Shown in pieces: positions 13,321-26,224 of a DNA stretch of 64,000 bases (position 1 is the first letter of the stretch; every line of letters begins with the position of its first letter). The stretch is taken from contig CM059425.1 of NCBI GenBank assembly GCA_030390025.1, forward strand, positions 162,070,001 through 162,134,000. The letters run 5' to 3'. Both the position numbers and the translations under genes were made by a program. This DNA comes from Squalus acanthias. Taxonomy: Eukaryota. Below the pieces are notes generated by a model. That model had not been told where the DNA came from. It saw only the letters and a list, made by a program, of their open reading frames with translations, and ran no database searches.

Positions 13321-13539
13321 CTTTGCGACTTTTTTGGGTTGCTCTTCCTCCATGCACTGATCCCATGTAGCTTCCACTGGCTGAGTACATGTTGCCAATC
13401 TTTTACTTGAGGTGTACTGGTTTGTTTCTTGCTGAAGGCATCTTGAACATGCAGTTTCAATTACCACTTTCATGCAATGGGCTGCAGAAGGTGCCAGGCC
13501 CTTAAAAGCATTTCTCCAGTCAAATTCAAGAGAAACAGA
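13321..13539 (-). CDS. KIAA0825: KIAA0825 coding exon (219 nt, phase 0-0)
   Basis: TAG acceptor, GTAATA donor. Reads SVSLEFDWRNAFKGLAPSAAHCMKVVIE...LQQE...EEEQPKKVAK, similar to human ATLLDFGWRSAFKEVSLPMAHCVVTAIE...EEEQPKKIGK. Confidence 0.92.
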
Positions 13540-14644
13540 CTACAATATAAACAAGCAATACAGTCACAGTTAAATAGTAGAAAATACAATTAAAAAAAAA
13601 AACTTGCAAATGATACACTAATACAATAAATCTGAAATCAAGCATAAAAACTAGGAAAATTTAGAGATAAAAGGTTCAGGTTCATATTAATTCAAATTAT
13701 GTTTCCACTTAATCATTCCAAAGTAATACCTTCATTTTTACTGACAAAAGATCATCAAATTCACCCAAAATCTGACCTCTATTTATTGCTATTAACAATT
13801 ACTAGTATTTATGAAGTAACGCTAGCATGAATAAGATTCACCTCAGGGGCAGGTGTCATGGCATTATCAATCTGGGTGTATCTCCGTATAAACTTGTAAC
13901 CCAAATCCCTAAAACTCCATCTGCTGTTCATCATTTCCAGTCTCCTATCCACCACTTTTAAAACTTAGAGGCTGAAATTCCAGGGTTGGAGGAGGGAGGA
14001 AAAGGAGAGTTCCGCTTGGGAGACAGGAATTTGGGGCAGAACCGGGAATCCCCCCTCTATGCAAAATGCTGCATTAAAAGACGAATAGCTCCCATAGGAG
14101 CTTACTTTTTTTTAACCTTTCTCTTTCCTTGAGCCTGGGAAGGGCCTCAAGAGTGGAATTGTGAAAGCAGTGGGCTCGTCTGAAGGAGTCTGCAGGGCGA
14201 TGTGGGTACATTGATTAGAACTGCGCGTGGGGTTAGCCTACAGTCTGCGCAAAACCCCAGAGCCCTATACTGCTGTTTCCGGTTGTGCATGACATCAGTC
14301 ACCTGCTTAATGTAAGCGTGACCTGCTGGCTGACTGATGTTGCCGATATCCTTGTTGCAGCCTGGACAGAGCTAAGGCAAAGAAGTTCAGAGTTGTAGCG
14401 ACTTTCACTGCAAAAAGTAATGCAATGCCAGCTTGTTGCTGTTTTTGATTTGTAGTTGGGCTGATGAAGTAGTGGTGGCAGTGCTGAATGACATGAAAAC
14501 CATGTTGAGGTCTTAACTGCACCATTTGACTCTTATTTAAATATAACCATTGGGCCCCAGTTAGTTTCTGGTGGGAGCACTGGCCGCCTAGATCGGGGTC
14601 CGCATGGAAATCAGAACGGGCAGATCTCCAGCGGAAAGTCGGCG

Positions 14645-16735
14645 GGGGCTAAATTCGATAGCCCCCAAAAACAGGTGCGTGGATCGCGATGTGCAATTAA
14701 CCCGCGCCCGTTGTTTCAGATGCCACGGTACGCCAATTTTGAGCAGCCTGCTGATTAACATGATTGCAGTGTGCAGCCAGCACTAATTGTGCTGCTGTTC
14801 GGCTGCATGCATCAGCAGTGGGCCCAAAATCGTACCACGCTCGTGCTACTTAAAGCTAGCCTGCACCTCTTAAAGGGGAGGTGCACTGTGGCTGGAGCAG
14901 GTGCTGGGAGTCGTGGTTAAAGAGATTCTGATCTGGGAAAGAGTGAGGAATGGCACAACAGGGAAGAGAGCGGGCTCCAAGCTTTTTAGATGCTGCACTG
15001 GAGGCCTTGGTGGAAGAGAGGGAAGATATGTTGTATCCACGGAGTTAGGAGGCCCTCTAGACACACGTTCAGAAGGCAACGGGAGTAAATAGCTGTGGCG
15101 GTCAATTCCAGGAGTCAAGCCCCGATGATCTGGATGCAATGCCGCAAGAAGTTCAATTACCTCACACGAGTGATCAAGGTCAGTGAATGCATCTTCAAAT
15201 GCCATATCCTACCAACTGCACCACTAGTCTTAGACATTGCTCAATGCACCACACCCCCATCACTCACCTACCAACAATCTGTATCAATCAGGACTCATAC
15301 CTAACATTCATAGCTGCACCTCACCATCACACACTTAGCACTGCTGCAAGCCTCACACCCACATCTCACAGCTTGCAGACACTGCCAGCGATTCAAAAAT
15401 GACAGCCAAATCACCCAAACAGATTGCACGACACTCACTCATACACTTCCCTCTCTCTTGCAGGACAAGGTGGCGCACAACTGGAGGCAGCAGGAACTAA
15501 TCAGCGGGGGACGGGCACGCCTGCCTCTCCTAACCTCTGTGGAGGAGATGGTGCTGGCCATTATTAGGCTGGCCACTGCTGAGGCCATGGCCAGCGGTGG
15601 GGCTGAAAGATGCCAGTATCCTCATACCTAATCCTCCTTCTCACATCCCACTTCCCCCTCATCCCACAATCTCTTCTGATTTACAAGCAGCAGATGGTGT
15701 AAGCATGCACCTCCTGCTTTCCCCCTCCCCTCACCACAACCGTACTCTTGTGTCTTTCTCCTTTCAGATAGCCAATAACTGCAACCTGGCCAGGCAGTGG
15801 TGTAAGAGCAGGAAGATAGTGAAGATGAAGACACACCGTCACTCGATTTCACACTCGCAGCCACCAGCTCAGATACTGACAATGTGCATAATTTAGAGGA
15901 TAGCATAGAGGCGGAATCTGCACGTGGTGAGACACAGGACACGAGTGGCCTGCAGCCAGGGCAGGGGGCAAGGATAGCGCAGGTGCCAGCTCGCCGAAGG
16001 GCGAGGTCGCACACGAGTTCTGCTGCAGAGGACTCAGATGAGCACTTCGATGGGGCAGGCTACAGAAGAACGCTGATGGGTGTGCACAATGAAATGCTTG
16101 GTGCATTGGGAAGCCTGCCAGAAAGCCTGCGTCTAATGTCAAGGAGCATGGAGGAGTCTGGCACCAACTTGGCACAGGGCTCAATTTGATCAGAGCTTGA
16201 AGCCCATCCTTTCCAGCATGGAAGTGGTGGCTAACTCCAATAGCACACTTGTGGACCCAACCACAATGCAGCGTCTGATAGTCAATTTCTCAGCTTTCAT
16301 TGGAGCACAAGCAGAAGCCACCCAACGTCTGAGTGCTGCAGTTGAATCTCAGACTGCTGTCATGCAAGGACAGCTTGCTGCCATGCATGCTCAAACTGCT
16401 TGAACATTGTTGATGATCCCTTTAAATAGCACTGGTGGGAGGGTCCTTCCTGATGCTGAACACGTGTTCAGCTGAGTGAGCTTAAGAGAGGGTGTTAGCT
16501 GGAGCGTTGAGCTCCAAAATGGCAGTGCTGGCGTCAAATCAGCATTATACGTTCATTGACATCATGAGCTGCCTGCTTTGCATACTTCCAGCGGGCGTTG
16601 ACTGGGTGCACGCTAACGCCCTCACCAATATGGCGTCCGGCGCGATTCGCCTCGCGCCGTGGATGCCATTTTGGAGCGCTAAGGGCACTTGTCGCAGCCA
16701 AAAAACGGGCGCTACAGATCCGAATTTTACACCTG
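14645..16735 (+). mobile_element. Harbinger internal-deletion derivative (Myb gene retained but decayed, transposase lost)
   Basis: Left end ggggctaaattcgatag as at 21814; Myb exons homologous to 23635-25100; jumps at about 16400 to the right-terminal sequence found at about 31586-31886. Confidence 0.85.
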
Positions 16736-17407
16736 CCATTTTAAAAATATTTTCGTCCCATTACAGTCCCATTTACAGGCGTAAATGGAGAGATAGTGAG
16801 ACAAAACTTTGCCCCAATGTTTTAAAGTAAGTTTTTGATAAGTCTTAACTTTGCACAACAGGATTAAAAGAATGAAGCAAATGAGATCCGCCACTGATTG
16901 CAAACTGGATTGTTCCAAAGCATGAAACTCACCATATTAGCACAAAAAAATTATGCCATTATAAATATTGTGCAACCAGTGAAAACTGCTGATCCGGACA
17001 TAGGATTATAAAATTAACCCATGGACTCCAGTAAAACTAACAGTGACCAATGTTGTTCTGGGCATCATTATATATAAGAAATAACTCACAAAATCAAATA
17101 GTACATATTTTGGTACTCTACTATAAAACTGCAGCTAATGTTTACTTTATAATACACTAGAGATTCATTCTCTTCCGTAAAAACACTGCTGGCTAATTCT
17201 GTGGATGTGTTATCAAGCAACAGTGCCATTTTATTAAAGAACAACAGTTTTCTGGGATCATTCTTTTAAGACTATTGTCTGCTGAAAGTGAGATTTAAGA
17301 CTGCTTGTGACTTTCTGACTGTCAATTTCAAGATTTTAAGAAAAAAGAAATGTTTATAGTAAACGCTGGCATCAAACACAGAGAAGTTAACATAAAGATT
17401 AGATTAC

Positions 17408-17499
17408 CTCAGTCACAAGTAATAACTGCTCAGCTTGGATATTGGTTTTGTTCATCTCTGATGGCACATCAATGTTTTCTTGGGTCTTCTTTAGCACTC
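17408..17499 (-). CDS. KIAA0825: KIAA0825 coding exon (92 nt, phase 1-0)
   Basis: TAG acceptor, GTAATC donor. Reads (G)VLKKTQENIDVPSEMNKTNIQAEQLLLVTE, similar to human GILEKSDREVVMEKPRANETNIPSEQSLPGKE. Phases fit both neighbours. Confidence 0.85.
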
Positions 17500-18539
17500 C
17501 TAACGCAGATAATACCATTGCACTGGTGTAGATATTGCCATACTACAGGTCATGGATATCAAACAATCTGAACAAACTAGACTCAATATGTACAAATATA
17601 ATTTCCTTTATTGTTTATTTCAGTCAAGTAAGAAACTGATTTTGCATTTGATTTGAAAAATAATCTAACAACTTTAAAGACTTTTCATTCTAAACAGTGG
17701 GGTAGAGTTTCCATTTCGGTCAAGTTTTCTCGCAAACTCATTTGCATATCGCCGAACCTAAAATCTTCCGTGAACCAGTGCAATCGGGCAGTGTTTTAGA
17801 ACGTAATTGTTTTCTTTTCTTGCATTAAAAAATATTCCTTGATATATTTAAGAGTGGTAACCTGGTGCAATTTTATTAATACAGACTGAAAATGAGTTTA
17901 TCATAAAAAATAAGCTTTTTTAATAAGTATGTCTAGTCCACCACCTGTGAGTAACCTGATTTTAAATAACTGAAAACAACTTTAAAAAACTATACAGAAC
18001 CATTTACTGGTTTCATTGGTGTACAGTGGTCAGTTTCTTAGTAAATTAAATACTTTTTAATATTTAAAAGCTTTTAAAAGGTGCCTATTAGTGTCCTTGT
18101 GCCTAAAAAAAAGCTTAATTTTAAGAGCCTCCTCGAAGGCCCACAAACGGGCACAATTAGCAGAAACTCGCTATGGTGATTAATTCGATCTGTGGGCGTG
18201 GCCAGTTTTGGGGGCGATGGCGTAAAACGGGCGATTATGGATCGGCTGCCAGTTATGCACCCCGCTCGATTTTCCTTTCCTATGAAGTTTGGGCAACAGC
18301 CAGGTCACATCTTTTCAAGAGAGCTATGGAAGGATCGTCAAGGTGCTTTTCCGAAAAATTGTGGGAAGTTTATGTCTATGCAACAACTACATTGAGTTTT
18401 AGTCATTGTTCAAAATGTATGCATCTTAAAAAATAACTACTTACCTTTCACTTAACTGACTATGTGACTTTACTGAGGGTAAAAATAAATGTGAGAAGTC
18501 GCACAACACCAGGTTATAGTCCAACAGTTTTATTTGAAA

Positions 18540-18577
18540 TCACAAGCTTTCGGAGCTGCTGCTCCTTCGTCAGGTGA
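18540..18577 (-). ncRNA. Second copy of the hammerhead motif, sense to the KIAA0825 pre-mRNA
   Basis: Exact reverse complement of 19066-19103. Confidence 0.72.
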
Positions 18578-19065
18578 AGTAAAGGAATACAGATCGGCAA
18601 AGCATATATAGACAGAGAACAATGCCTGTGCAGCGTACAATGTCAACGACAACGCAAAATCATCGAGCAGAGACTGATAGCCAAGTTCTGCACCCATGAG
18701 GACGGCCTCAACCGGGACCTTGGGTTCATGTCACGCTACATGACGTAGAGTCATCCAGACTCGAGTCGTCATTGGCTTGTTCACAGATGTGATTTCCAGT
18801 AAAAAAAGTAAAAAGTTTAAAGTTTATGGTTTTCCATACAGACTGCTGCATTTGACAAATTAGACCCCCTTGTGACCCCACCTCATTGTCCTAGTTGTAT
18901 TTTGCTATGTCTTTGATATAATGTCTTCCTGACTGACCTGATTGTCTCTCTGCCGAGGTGTGATAAAAGGCAGTCAGAAAGATTAACTGTAGTCGTCTGA
19001 CATTGTACGCTGTACAGGCATTGTTCTCTGTCTATATATGCTTTGCCGATCTGTATTCCTTCACT

Positions 19066-19103
19066 TCACCTGACGAAGGAGCAGCAGCTCCGAAAGCTTG
19101 TGA
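19066..19103 (+). ncRNA. Minimal type I hammerhead ribozyme motif (Penelope-associated)
   Basis: UCAC-CUGACGA-A-GGAGC(AGCA)GCUCC-GAAA-GC-UU-GUGA: both core boxes, 5-bp stem II, 4-bp stem I, palindromic minimal stem III. Confidence 0.75.
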
Positions 19104-19479
19104 TTTCAAATAAAACTGTTGGACTATAACCTGGTGTTGTGCGACTTCTCACTTTTGTCCACCCCAGTCCAACACCGGCATCTCCGCATCATAAAAATAA
19201 ATGGTGCAAAGTCACACATTTGCTTTGGAGTAGGACTTCACGTTCACTCACAGTGCTACAATGCTACACTGGTGGTACGTTCTGCAGCTAATATAACATG
19301 ACAGATCTTTTAACAGTGCGAGGGCTTATCACAGCTTCACCTACCTGTACTGCAGGTAAATGCTGACAATTTTAAAATGGGTTTTCCAATTGACAAAGCC
19401 TAACATAAGAATTTTCAATGTTTTTTAAGACAGAATGTCAGACCTATTCAGCATCTTTAATATATAATAAATGGTTTAA

Positions 19480-20642
19480 AATAGAAGATAGGAGCAGGAG
19501 TAGGCCATTCGGCCCCTCGAGCCTGCTCCGCCATTCGATGAGATCATGGCTGATCATCCAAACTCAGTACCCTGTACCTGCCTTCTCCCCATATCCCTTG
19601 ATACCTTTAGCTTTAAGAAATATATCTAACTCATTCTTGAATATATTTAATGACCTGGCCTCAACTACCTTCTGTGGTAGAGAATTCCACAGGTTCACCA
19701 CTCTCTGGGTGAAGAAATTCTTCCTCATTTCTGTCCTAAATGGCTTACCCGTTATCCGTAGATTATGACCCCTGGTTCTGGACTCTCCGACCATCGGAAA
19801 CATTCTTCCTGCATCTAGTTTGTCCAGACCTGTCAGAATTTTATATGTTTTGATGAGATCCCCTCTCATTCTTCGATACTCCAGTGAGTATAAGCCCAAT
19901 CGACCCAATCTCTCCTCATATGTCATTCCTGCCATCCCAGGTATCAGCCTTGTGAATCTTCGCTGAACTCCTTCCATGGCAAGAACATCCTTCCTCAGAT
20001 AAGGCGACCAAAACTGCACACAGTACTCAAGGTGTGGTCTCACCAAGGCCCTGTACAACTGCAGCAGGACATCCCTGTTCCTATACTCAAACCCTTTCGC
20101 TATGAAGGCCAACATACCATTTGCCTTCTTCACCGCCTGCTGCACCTGCATGCTTACTTTCAGCGACTGGTGCACAAGGACACCCAGGTCTCGTTGCACT
20201 TCCCCTTCTCCCAATCTATTGCCATTCAGATAATAGTCTGCCTTTCTGTTTTTGACACCAAAGTGGATAACCTCGCACTTATCCACGTTATATTGCATCT
20301 GCCACGCTTCTGCCCACTCACCCAACCTGTCCAAATCATCCTGGAGTTTCTCGGTATCCTCCTCGCAGCACACACTCCCACCCAGCTTTGTGTCATCTGC
20401 AAACTTGGAGATATTACATTTAGTTCCCTTATCTAGATCATTAATGTATATTGTGAATAGCTGGGGTCCAAGGACCGATCCCTGCGGTACCCCACTAGTC
20501 ACTGCTTGCCACTCGGAAAAAGACCCATTAATTCCTATTCTCTGCTTTCTGTCCGCCAACCAAGTCAATACCTTGCCCCCAATCCCATGTGCCTTAACTT
20601 TACACGCTAATCTCTTATGCGGGACCTTATCGAAAGCCTTTT
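19480..20642 (-). mobile_element. CR1 LINE 3' portion (RT C-terminal half, open frame)
   Basis: [44 protein letters not shown]; 3' UTR nearly identical to 60617-61800. Confidence 0.92.
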
Positions 20643-21113
20643 TAAAAATATGCACAAAACGTTTGCAAATCTGTAATCTAGACACAAATCTGAATAGTTG
20701 GCAAGTATGCTTAGGTATGCAACAAAATAATGTTGTGTACATTTCAGTATTTTAGCTTTCAAAATTATACAGTAAAACTATCCCAGATTTCTTCCAACAG
20801 TCCTGCCACAACCACTGTGATTTCAAAGTTACCTTCTGGGGGTGGGGGGAAATCTGTATAATTAAAGATATTTATTATAGTGTTGCACAGCATAGTGGCA
20901 CAACATGTTTGAGCACTGCTCCCCTTCACCCCCCCAATGGTTGAATCAGATTAGGCCACCCACCCGTACTCTGAGCCACAACAGTGCACAGGCGAGGGAA
21001 ACTCGGGGGGAAGCAAAGGAAACCATACTCCCACAAAATATAAATTAAAATGTTATATATTTGAACTGAAATAAGGAAAACAAATCATTCTAAACCTATT
21101 AGATAAGCTTTAC

Positions 21114-21284
21114 CTCGAACATTTCTGCCTTGCTGTGTGGAAGAGTTTCCCAAAAAGACCTCTGAAGCTAGTTCCTCCATTCGCTTTTCCAGATGAAGGA
21201 GAATTTTCATCAGCTGGGAAAGGCATCTAAGTTGATCGGCAGTGAGATATAAGTTCCTTACCTTCTTGGTCTGTTCCTGTGGAA
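21114..21284 (-). CDS. KIAA0825: KIAA0825 coding exon (171 nt, phase 1-1)
   Basis: TAG acceptor, GTAAAG donor. Reads (V)PQEQTKKVRNLYLTADQLRCLSQLMKILLHLEKRMEELASEVFLGNSSTQQGRNVR(G), similar to human VTTECPQKGRNFSL...LSQLIKSFMKLEKGVQEL. Not in the ORF track. Confidence 0.9.
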
Positions 21285-22120
21285 CTAGTCAAACAAAGCA
21301 AAGTAAGGAAAATGTAAATTGGCAAATCACTACACTTAATAACATATAAATATAGCCTGAAAGTTACTGTTAGCATTGTTATTGTGTGAACACTTAACAC
21401 ACTCGTTCAAATCTGTCTCTCTGCTATTTTAGCAGAGGCACTAACAAGGGTTTTATGAGCTAATCCTTTAGTTAAAATAGTGGAGAGACAAATTTGATAC
21501 GAGTGTGTTAACATCACTGACAGCAATATTTAACCTCTCCTCTCTTCCCTCCACGTTTCTATCTCCATAACAATAAATATTTGAAAATATAAGTGGATAT
21601 AGGGAAAGTTCAAGGAATTGGAATAGATAACTTGAGTTGTAGAGATAGCACTGGCAGGATAGAACAGATGGCCTCCTTTTAGACTGCAGTTTCTATAAAA
21701 AGTAGCATAATGATGCCACACAAGTGAGTAACTGGTTTACATCTGCAGAGTCAGATGCTCCACTATGAATTCTGTGCCAGAATTCTGAAACACTCAGACA
21801 CTAAAACACCTAGGGGGCTAAATTCGATAGTCCCTGAAAACGGACGCGGGGATCGCGATGTGCGATTAACCCGCGCCAGCTGCATCCGATGCGGGTAGCA
21901 CGCCAACTTCGTGCAGCCTGCTGATTAACATGATGGCAGCGTGCAGCTAGTGCTAACCGCGCTGTTGAGTGGCTGCACACCTGAGCAGGGGGCCAATTTT
22001 GTGACAGGCTAGCACGAGTTAAGGCTAGCCTGCACTACTTAAAGCCAGCTCGCATCTCTTAAAGGGGAGTTGCATTCTGGTTGGTGCAGGTGCTGGAATT
22101 GTTTGGGGAAGAGAGTCTGA

Positions 22121-23613
22121 CATCATCACCCCTCTCCTCAAAAAAACAACCTTTGACCCCTCTGTCCTTGCAAACTACCGCCCCATCTCCAACCTCCCTT
22201 TCCTCTCCAAAGTCCTTGAACGTGTTGTCGCCTCCCAAATCCATGCCCATCTTTCCCGCAACTCCATGTTTGAATCCCTCCAATCAGGTTTCCGACCCTG
22301 CTACCGAAACAGCTCTTATCAAAGTCTCAAATGTCATCCTATGTGACTGTGACAAAGGTAAACTATCCCTCCTCGCCCTTCTTGACTTGTCTGCAGCCTT
22401 TGGCACGGTTGACCACTCCATCCTTATCCAACGTCTCTCCACTGTCATCCAGCTGGGTGGGACTGCACTCGCCTGGTTCCATTCTTATCTATCTAATCGT
22501 AGCCAGAGAATCACCTGCAACAGCTTCTCTTCCAGCTCCCGCATCGTTACCTCTGGTGTCCCCCAAGGATCTATCCTTGGCCCCCTCCTATTTCTCATCT
22601 ACATGCTGCCCCTTGGCGACATCATCCGAAAACGCAGCGTCAGTTTCCACATGTACGCTGATGACACCCAGCTCTACCTCACCACCACTTCTCTCGCCCC
22701 CTCCACGGTGTCTAACTTGTCAGACTGCTTGTCCGACATCCAGTTCTGGATGAGCAGAAATTTGTTCCAATTAAATATTGGGAAGACCAAAGCCATTGTT
22801 TTCAGTCCCCGCCACAAACTCTGTTCCCTAGCCACTGACTCCATCCATCTCCCTAACATCTGTCTGAGGCTGAACCACACTGTTCGCAACCTTGGTGTCA
22901 TATTTGACCCTGAAATGAGCTTCCGACCACATATCCGCAGCATAACTAAGACCGCCTATTTCCACCTCCGTAACATTGCCCGTCTCCGCCCTTACCTCAG
23001 CTCATCCGTTGCTGAAACCCTCATCCATGCCTTTGTTACCTCTAGACTTGACTATTCCAACGCACTCCTGGCTGGCCTCCCACATTCTACCCTACGTAAA
23101 CTTGAGGTGATCTAAAACTCAGCTGCCCGTGTCCCAACTCGCACCAAGTCCCGTTCACCCATCACCCCAATGCTCGCTGACCTACATTGGCTCCTGGTTA
23201 AGCAGTGCCTCGATTTCAAAATTCTCATCCTTGTTTTCAAATCCCTCCATGGCCTCCCTATCTCTGTAATCTCCTTCAGCCCCACAACCCCCCCGAGATA
23301 GCTGCACTCCTCTAATTCTGGCCTCTCGAGCATCCCTGATTATAATCGCTCAACCATTGGTGGCCGTGCCTTCTGTTGCCTAGGTCCTAAGCTCTGCAAT
23401 TCCCTGCCTAAACCTCTCCGCCTCGCTACCTCTCTTTCCTCCTTTAAGACGCTCCTTAAAACCTAACTCTTTGACCAAACCTTTGGTCACCTGCCCTAAT
23501 TTCTCCTTATGTGGCTCGGTGTCAATTTTTTTTTGTCTTATAATACTCCTGTGAAGCACCTTGGGACATTTTACTATGTTAAAGGTGCTATATAAATACA
23601 AGTTGTTGTTGTT
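22121..23613 (+). mobile_element. L2-clade LINE 3' portion
   Basis: LLDLSAAF.TVDH, GVPQGSILGP, YADDTQLY, SRLDYSNALL; tail gctatataaatacaagttgttgttgttg. Confidence 0.9.
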
Positions 23614-23634
23614 GACCTGCAAGAAGAGTGACTA

Positions 23635-25284
23635 ATGGTGCAACAGGGGAGAGAGCATGCTCCAAGGTTGTCAGACATTGTACTGGAGGCCTTGGTGCAG
23701 GAGGTGGAAAGGAGGAGAGAGGTCCTCTATCCACAGGGGGCCAGAAGGCTGTCCAGACAAACTTTGCGAAGGCAGTGGGAGCAGGTAGCCGTGGCAGTCA
23801 ATGCCAGGATTCAAGCCCCGAGGACCTGGGTGCAGTACTGCAAGAAGTTCAATGACCTCACACGAGTGGTCAAGGTCAGTGAATTCATCTTCAAATGCCA
23901 TATCCCACCATCTGCACCACCAGCCTCATAAAATGTTCAACGCACCACACCCCCATCACTTACCTACCAACAAACTCCACCAAACATGACTCATACCTCA
24001 CATTCATAGCTTCACCTCATCTTCACACACTTACCATTGATGCAAGCCTCACACCCACATCTCACAGCTTGCACACGTTGTCAGCTGTTCAACCAAGACA
24101 GGCACATCACCCAAAAATATTGCACCACACTCACTGACACACTTCCCTCTCTCTTGCAGGATAAGTTGGCACAAAACCGGAGCAGCAAGAGTTAACCGGC
24201 GGGGGATAGGTGCGTCTGCATGAATTACCCAAATGGAGGAGACAGTGCTCGCCATCATTGGAGCAGCCATCATGGAGCCCGTGGCCAGCGGCGGGGCTGA
24301 AACCATTAAAGATGACGGTATCCTCATACTAATGCTACTTCTCACATTCCACTTCCCCCTCATCCCATAATGTCTTTTAATTTAAAAGTTGCAGATGATG
24401 TAAGCATGCACCTCTTACTTTCCCCCCTCCCCGCACCGCAACCCTACCCTTGTGCCTTTCTCCTTTCAGATACCCAAGAACTGCAACCTGGTCAAGCAGT
24501 GGTGTAAGAGCAGGAAGATAGTGAAGATGAAGACACACCGTCACTTGATTTCACACTCGCAGCCACCAACTCAGATACTGACACTCCACATAATTTAGAG
24601 GACAGTTTAGATGCGGGATCTGCATGTGGTGAGACGCCGGATATGAATGGCCTGCAGCCAGGGCAGGGGAAAAGGGTAGCGCAGGTGCCAGATCTCTGGA
24701 GGGCGAAGTCGCACACGGGTTCTGCTGCACAGGACTCAGTTGAGCACTTCGATGGGGCAGGCTACAGAAGAAGGCTGATGGGTATGCACAATGAAATGGT
24801 TGGTGCATTGGGAAGCCTGCCAGAAAGCCTGTGTCCAATGTCAAGGAGCATGGAGGAGTCTGGCACCAACTTGGCAAAGGGCTTTGCGCAGAGTTTGGAG
24901 CCCATCTTTTCCAGCATGAAAGTGGTGGTCAACTCTGTTCACACACTTGTGGACACAACCATGGCCAATGTCTCAGCTTCCATTGCAGCACAAGCAGAGG
25001 CCACCCAATGTCTGAGTGCTGCAGTGGAAACTCAGACTTCTGTCATGCAGGCTCAGCTTGCTGCCATCATGGCTGCGGATACCAGCGTTCAAAGGGGCTT
25101 GCTGGGTGTCACAGCTGTCCAGCAATTGGTCCTCCAACAGATTACTAGGTTTGCTGACGTGTCACCCCGGGAGAGTGGCAGTGGCTCTGTGGAGCATGAA
25201 CCTGCTGTCCTATCTCAGGATGACAACATTCGTCCTCCCACCACTGCCACTCCGCCACTGCCCTTGCTGTTGCTTGTCAGCTAG
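23635..25284 (+). pseudogene. Harbinger Myb/SANT-like DNA-binding gene (NAIF1/MSANTD-like), three exons, decayed
   Basis: Exon 1 23635-23874 (APRLSD..LEALVQEVERRREVLY...W..VA..VNA...RTWVQYCKKFNDL, donor gtcagt); exon 2 24160-24317; exon 3 from 24470 with an in-frame stop near 24505. Confidence 0.75.
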
Positions 25285-26224
25285 CCAGACCAGACTGCTG
25301 CGGCCCATGCAGAAGATGGTGCAGTCTTCTAGGCCCAGACCCAGAGGTCGTCCTCCAAGGGAATTTGCAGTCTCCTACACTAGGGTAGCACTGACAGGAG
25401 CATTAGGGCAGGCAAAGACACATGGAAGACAGGCACTATGGGAATGCACAAGTGTGATTAGTTGACTTTTGCATGCAATATGGCATGATTTTATTGATAA
25501 ATTTGTTTGGAATGTTTCATTTTGTGGTGCCTTTTATTTTTGCATTGTGGCCAAGTGGACGCTGTGATGGTCAATGACAGAGGCAAGGTAAGGTGTGGGA
25601 CTGTTGGTGAATGGGCAATTGGGTTGCTTTTACTAGTATTGCAGTCGGTTGAGTCGGTCAGTGATAGCTGAGGCAAAAAGGGGCTGTCTAGGTTGCCTCC
25701 TCACTTTCTCCTCCTCCTCCTGCTTTTCAGCTGGTCACTGTATTGCTGGTGGCAAGGGCTGTACCCTCATGATGGCGAGGTTATGCAGCATGCAGCAGAC
25801 CACCACGAATCTTGACATCCGCTCTGGCGAGTCATGGTTGCTCCAAAGCAGTCCAGGCAGTGGAAGCGTTGCTTTAGCATGCCAATGGTCTGCTTGATGA
25901 TATTTCGGGTGGCAGCATGGCTTTAGTTGTATGCATGCTGCCCACATGTGCGTGGGTTGTGCACTGGAGTCATGAGCCATGTTGTTAACGGATAGCCCTT
26001 GTCACCCAGTAGCCACCCTCTGGTTTGTCGTCGTGGCTCAAATGCAATTGGCACATCAGACTGCCAAGGAATGAGTGTATCATGACTGCTGGCAGAATAC
26101 CGGGCATTCATCTGCATGATTCGCTGAGTATGGTCGCGCACCAGCTGGATGTTGAGGGAGTGGAATCCATTTCAGTTGCGGTACATCTCAGAGTCTACAT
26201 GGAGTGCCCGCAAAGCTATGTGTG

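Larger units (their letters stand above)
18492..19191 (+). mobile_element. Penelope-like retroelement, truncated, with inverted terminal duplication
   Basis: 12-bp TSD taaaaataaatg (18480-18491, 19192-19203); about 155-bp inverted repeat (18491-18645 vs 18998-19152); GIY-YIG C-terminal remnant QRKIIEQRLIAKFCTHEDGLNRDLGFMSRY at about 18650-18740. Confidence 0.88.

Noticed and set aside
13842..13908. AG..GT-bounded open segment on the minus strand (DLGYKFIRRYTQIDNAMTPAPE)
   Set aside because: 67 nt would break the frame between two phase-0 junctions, and it has no counterpart in KIAA0825 as recalled.
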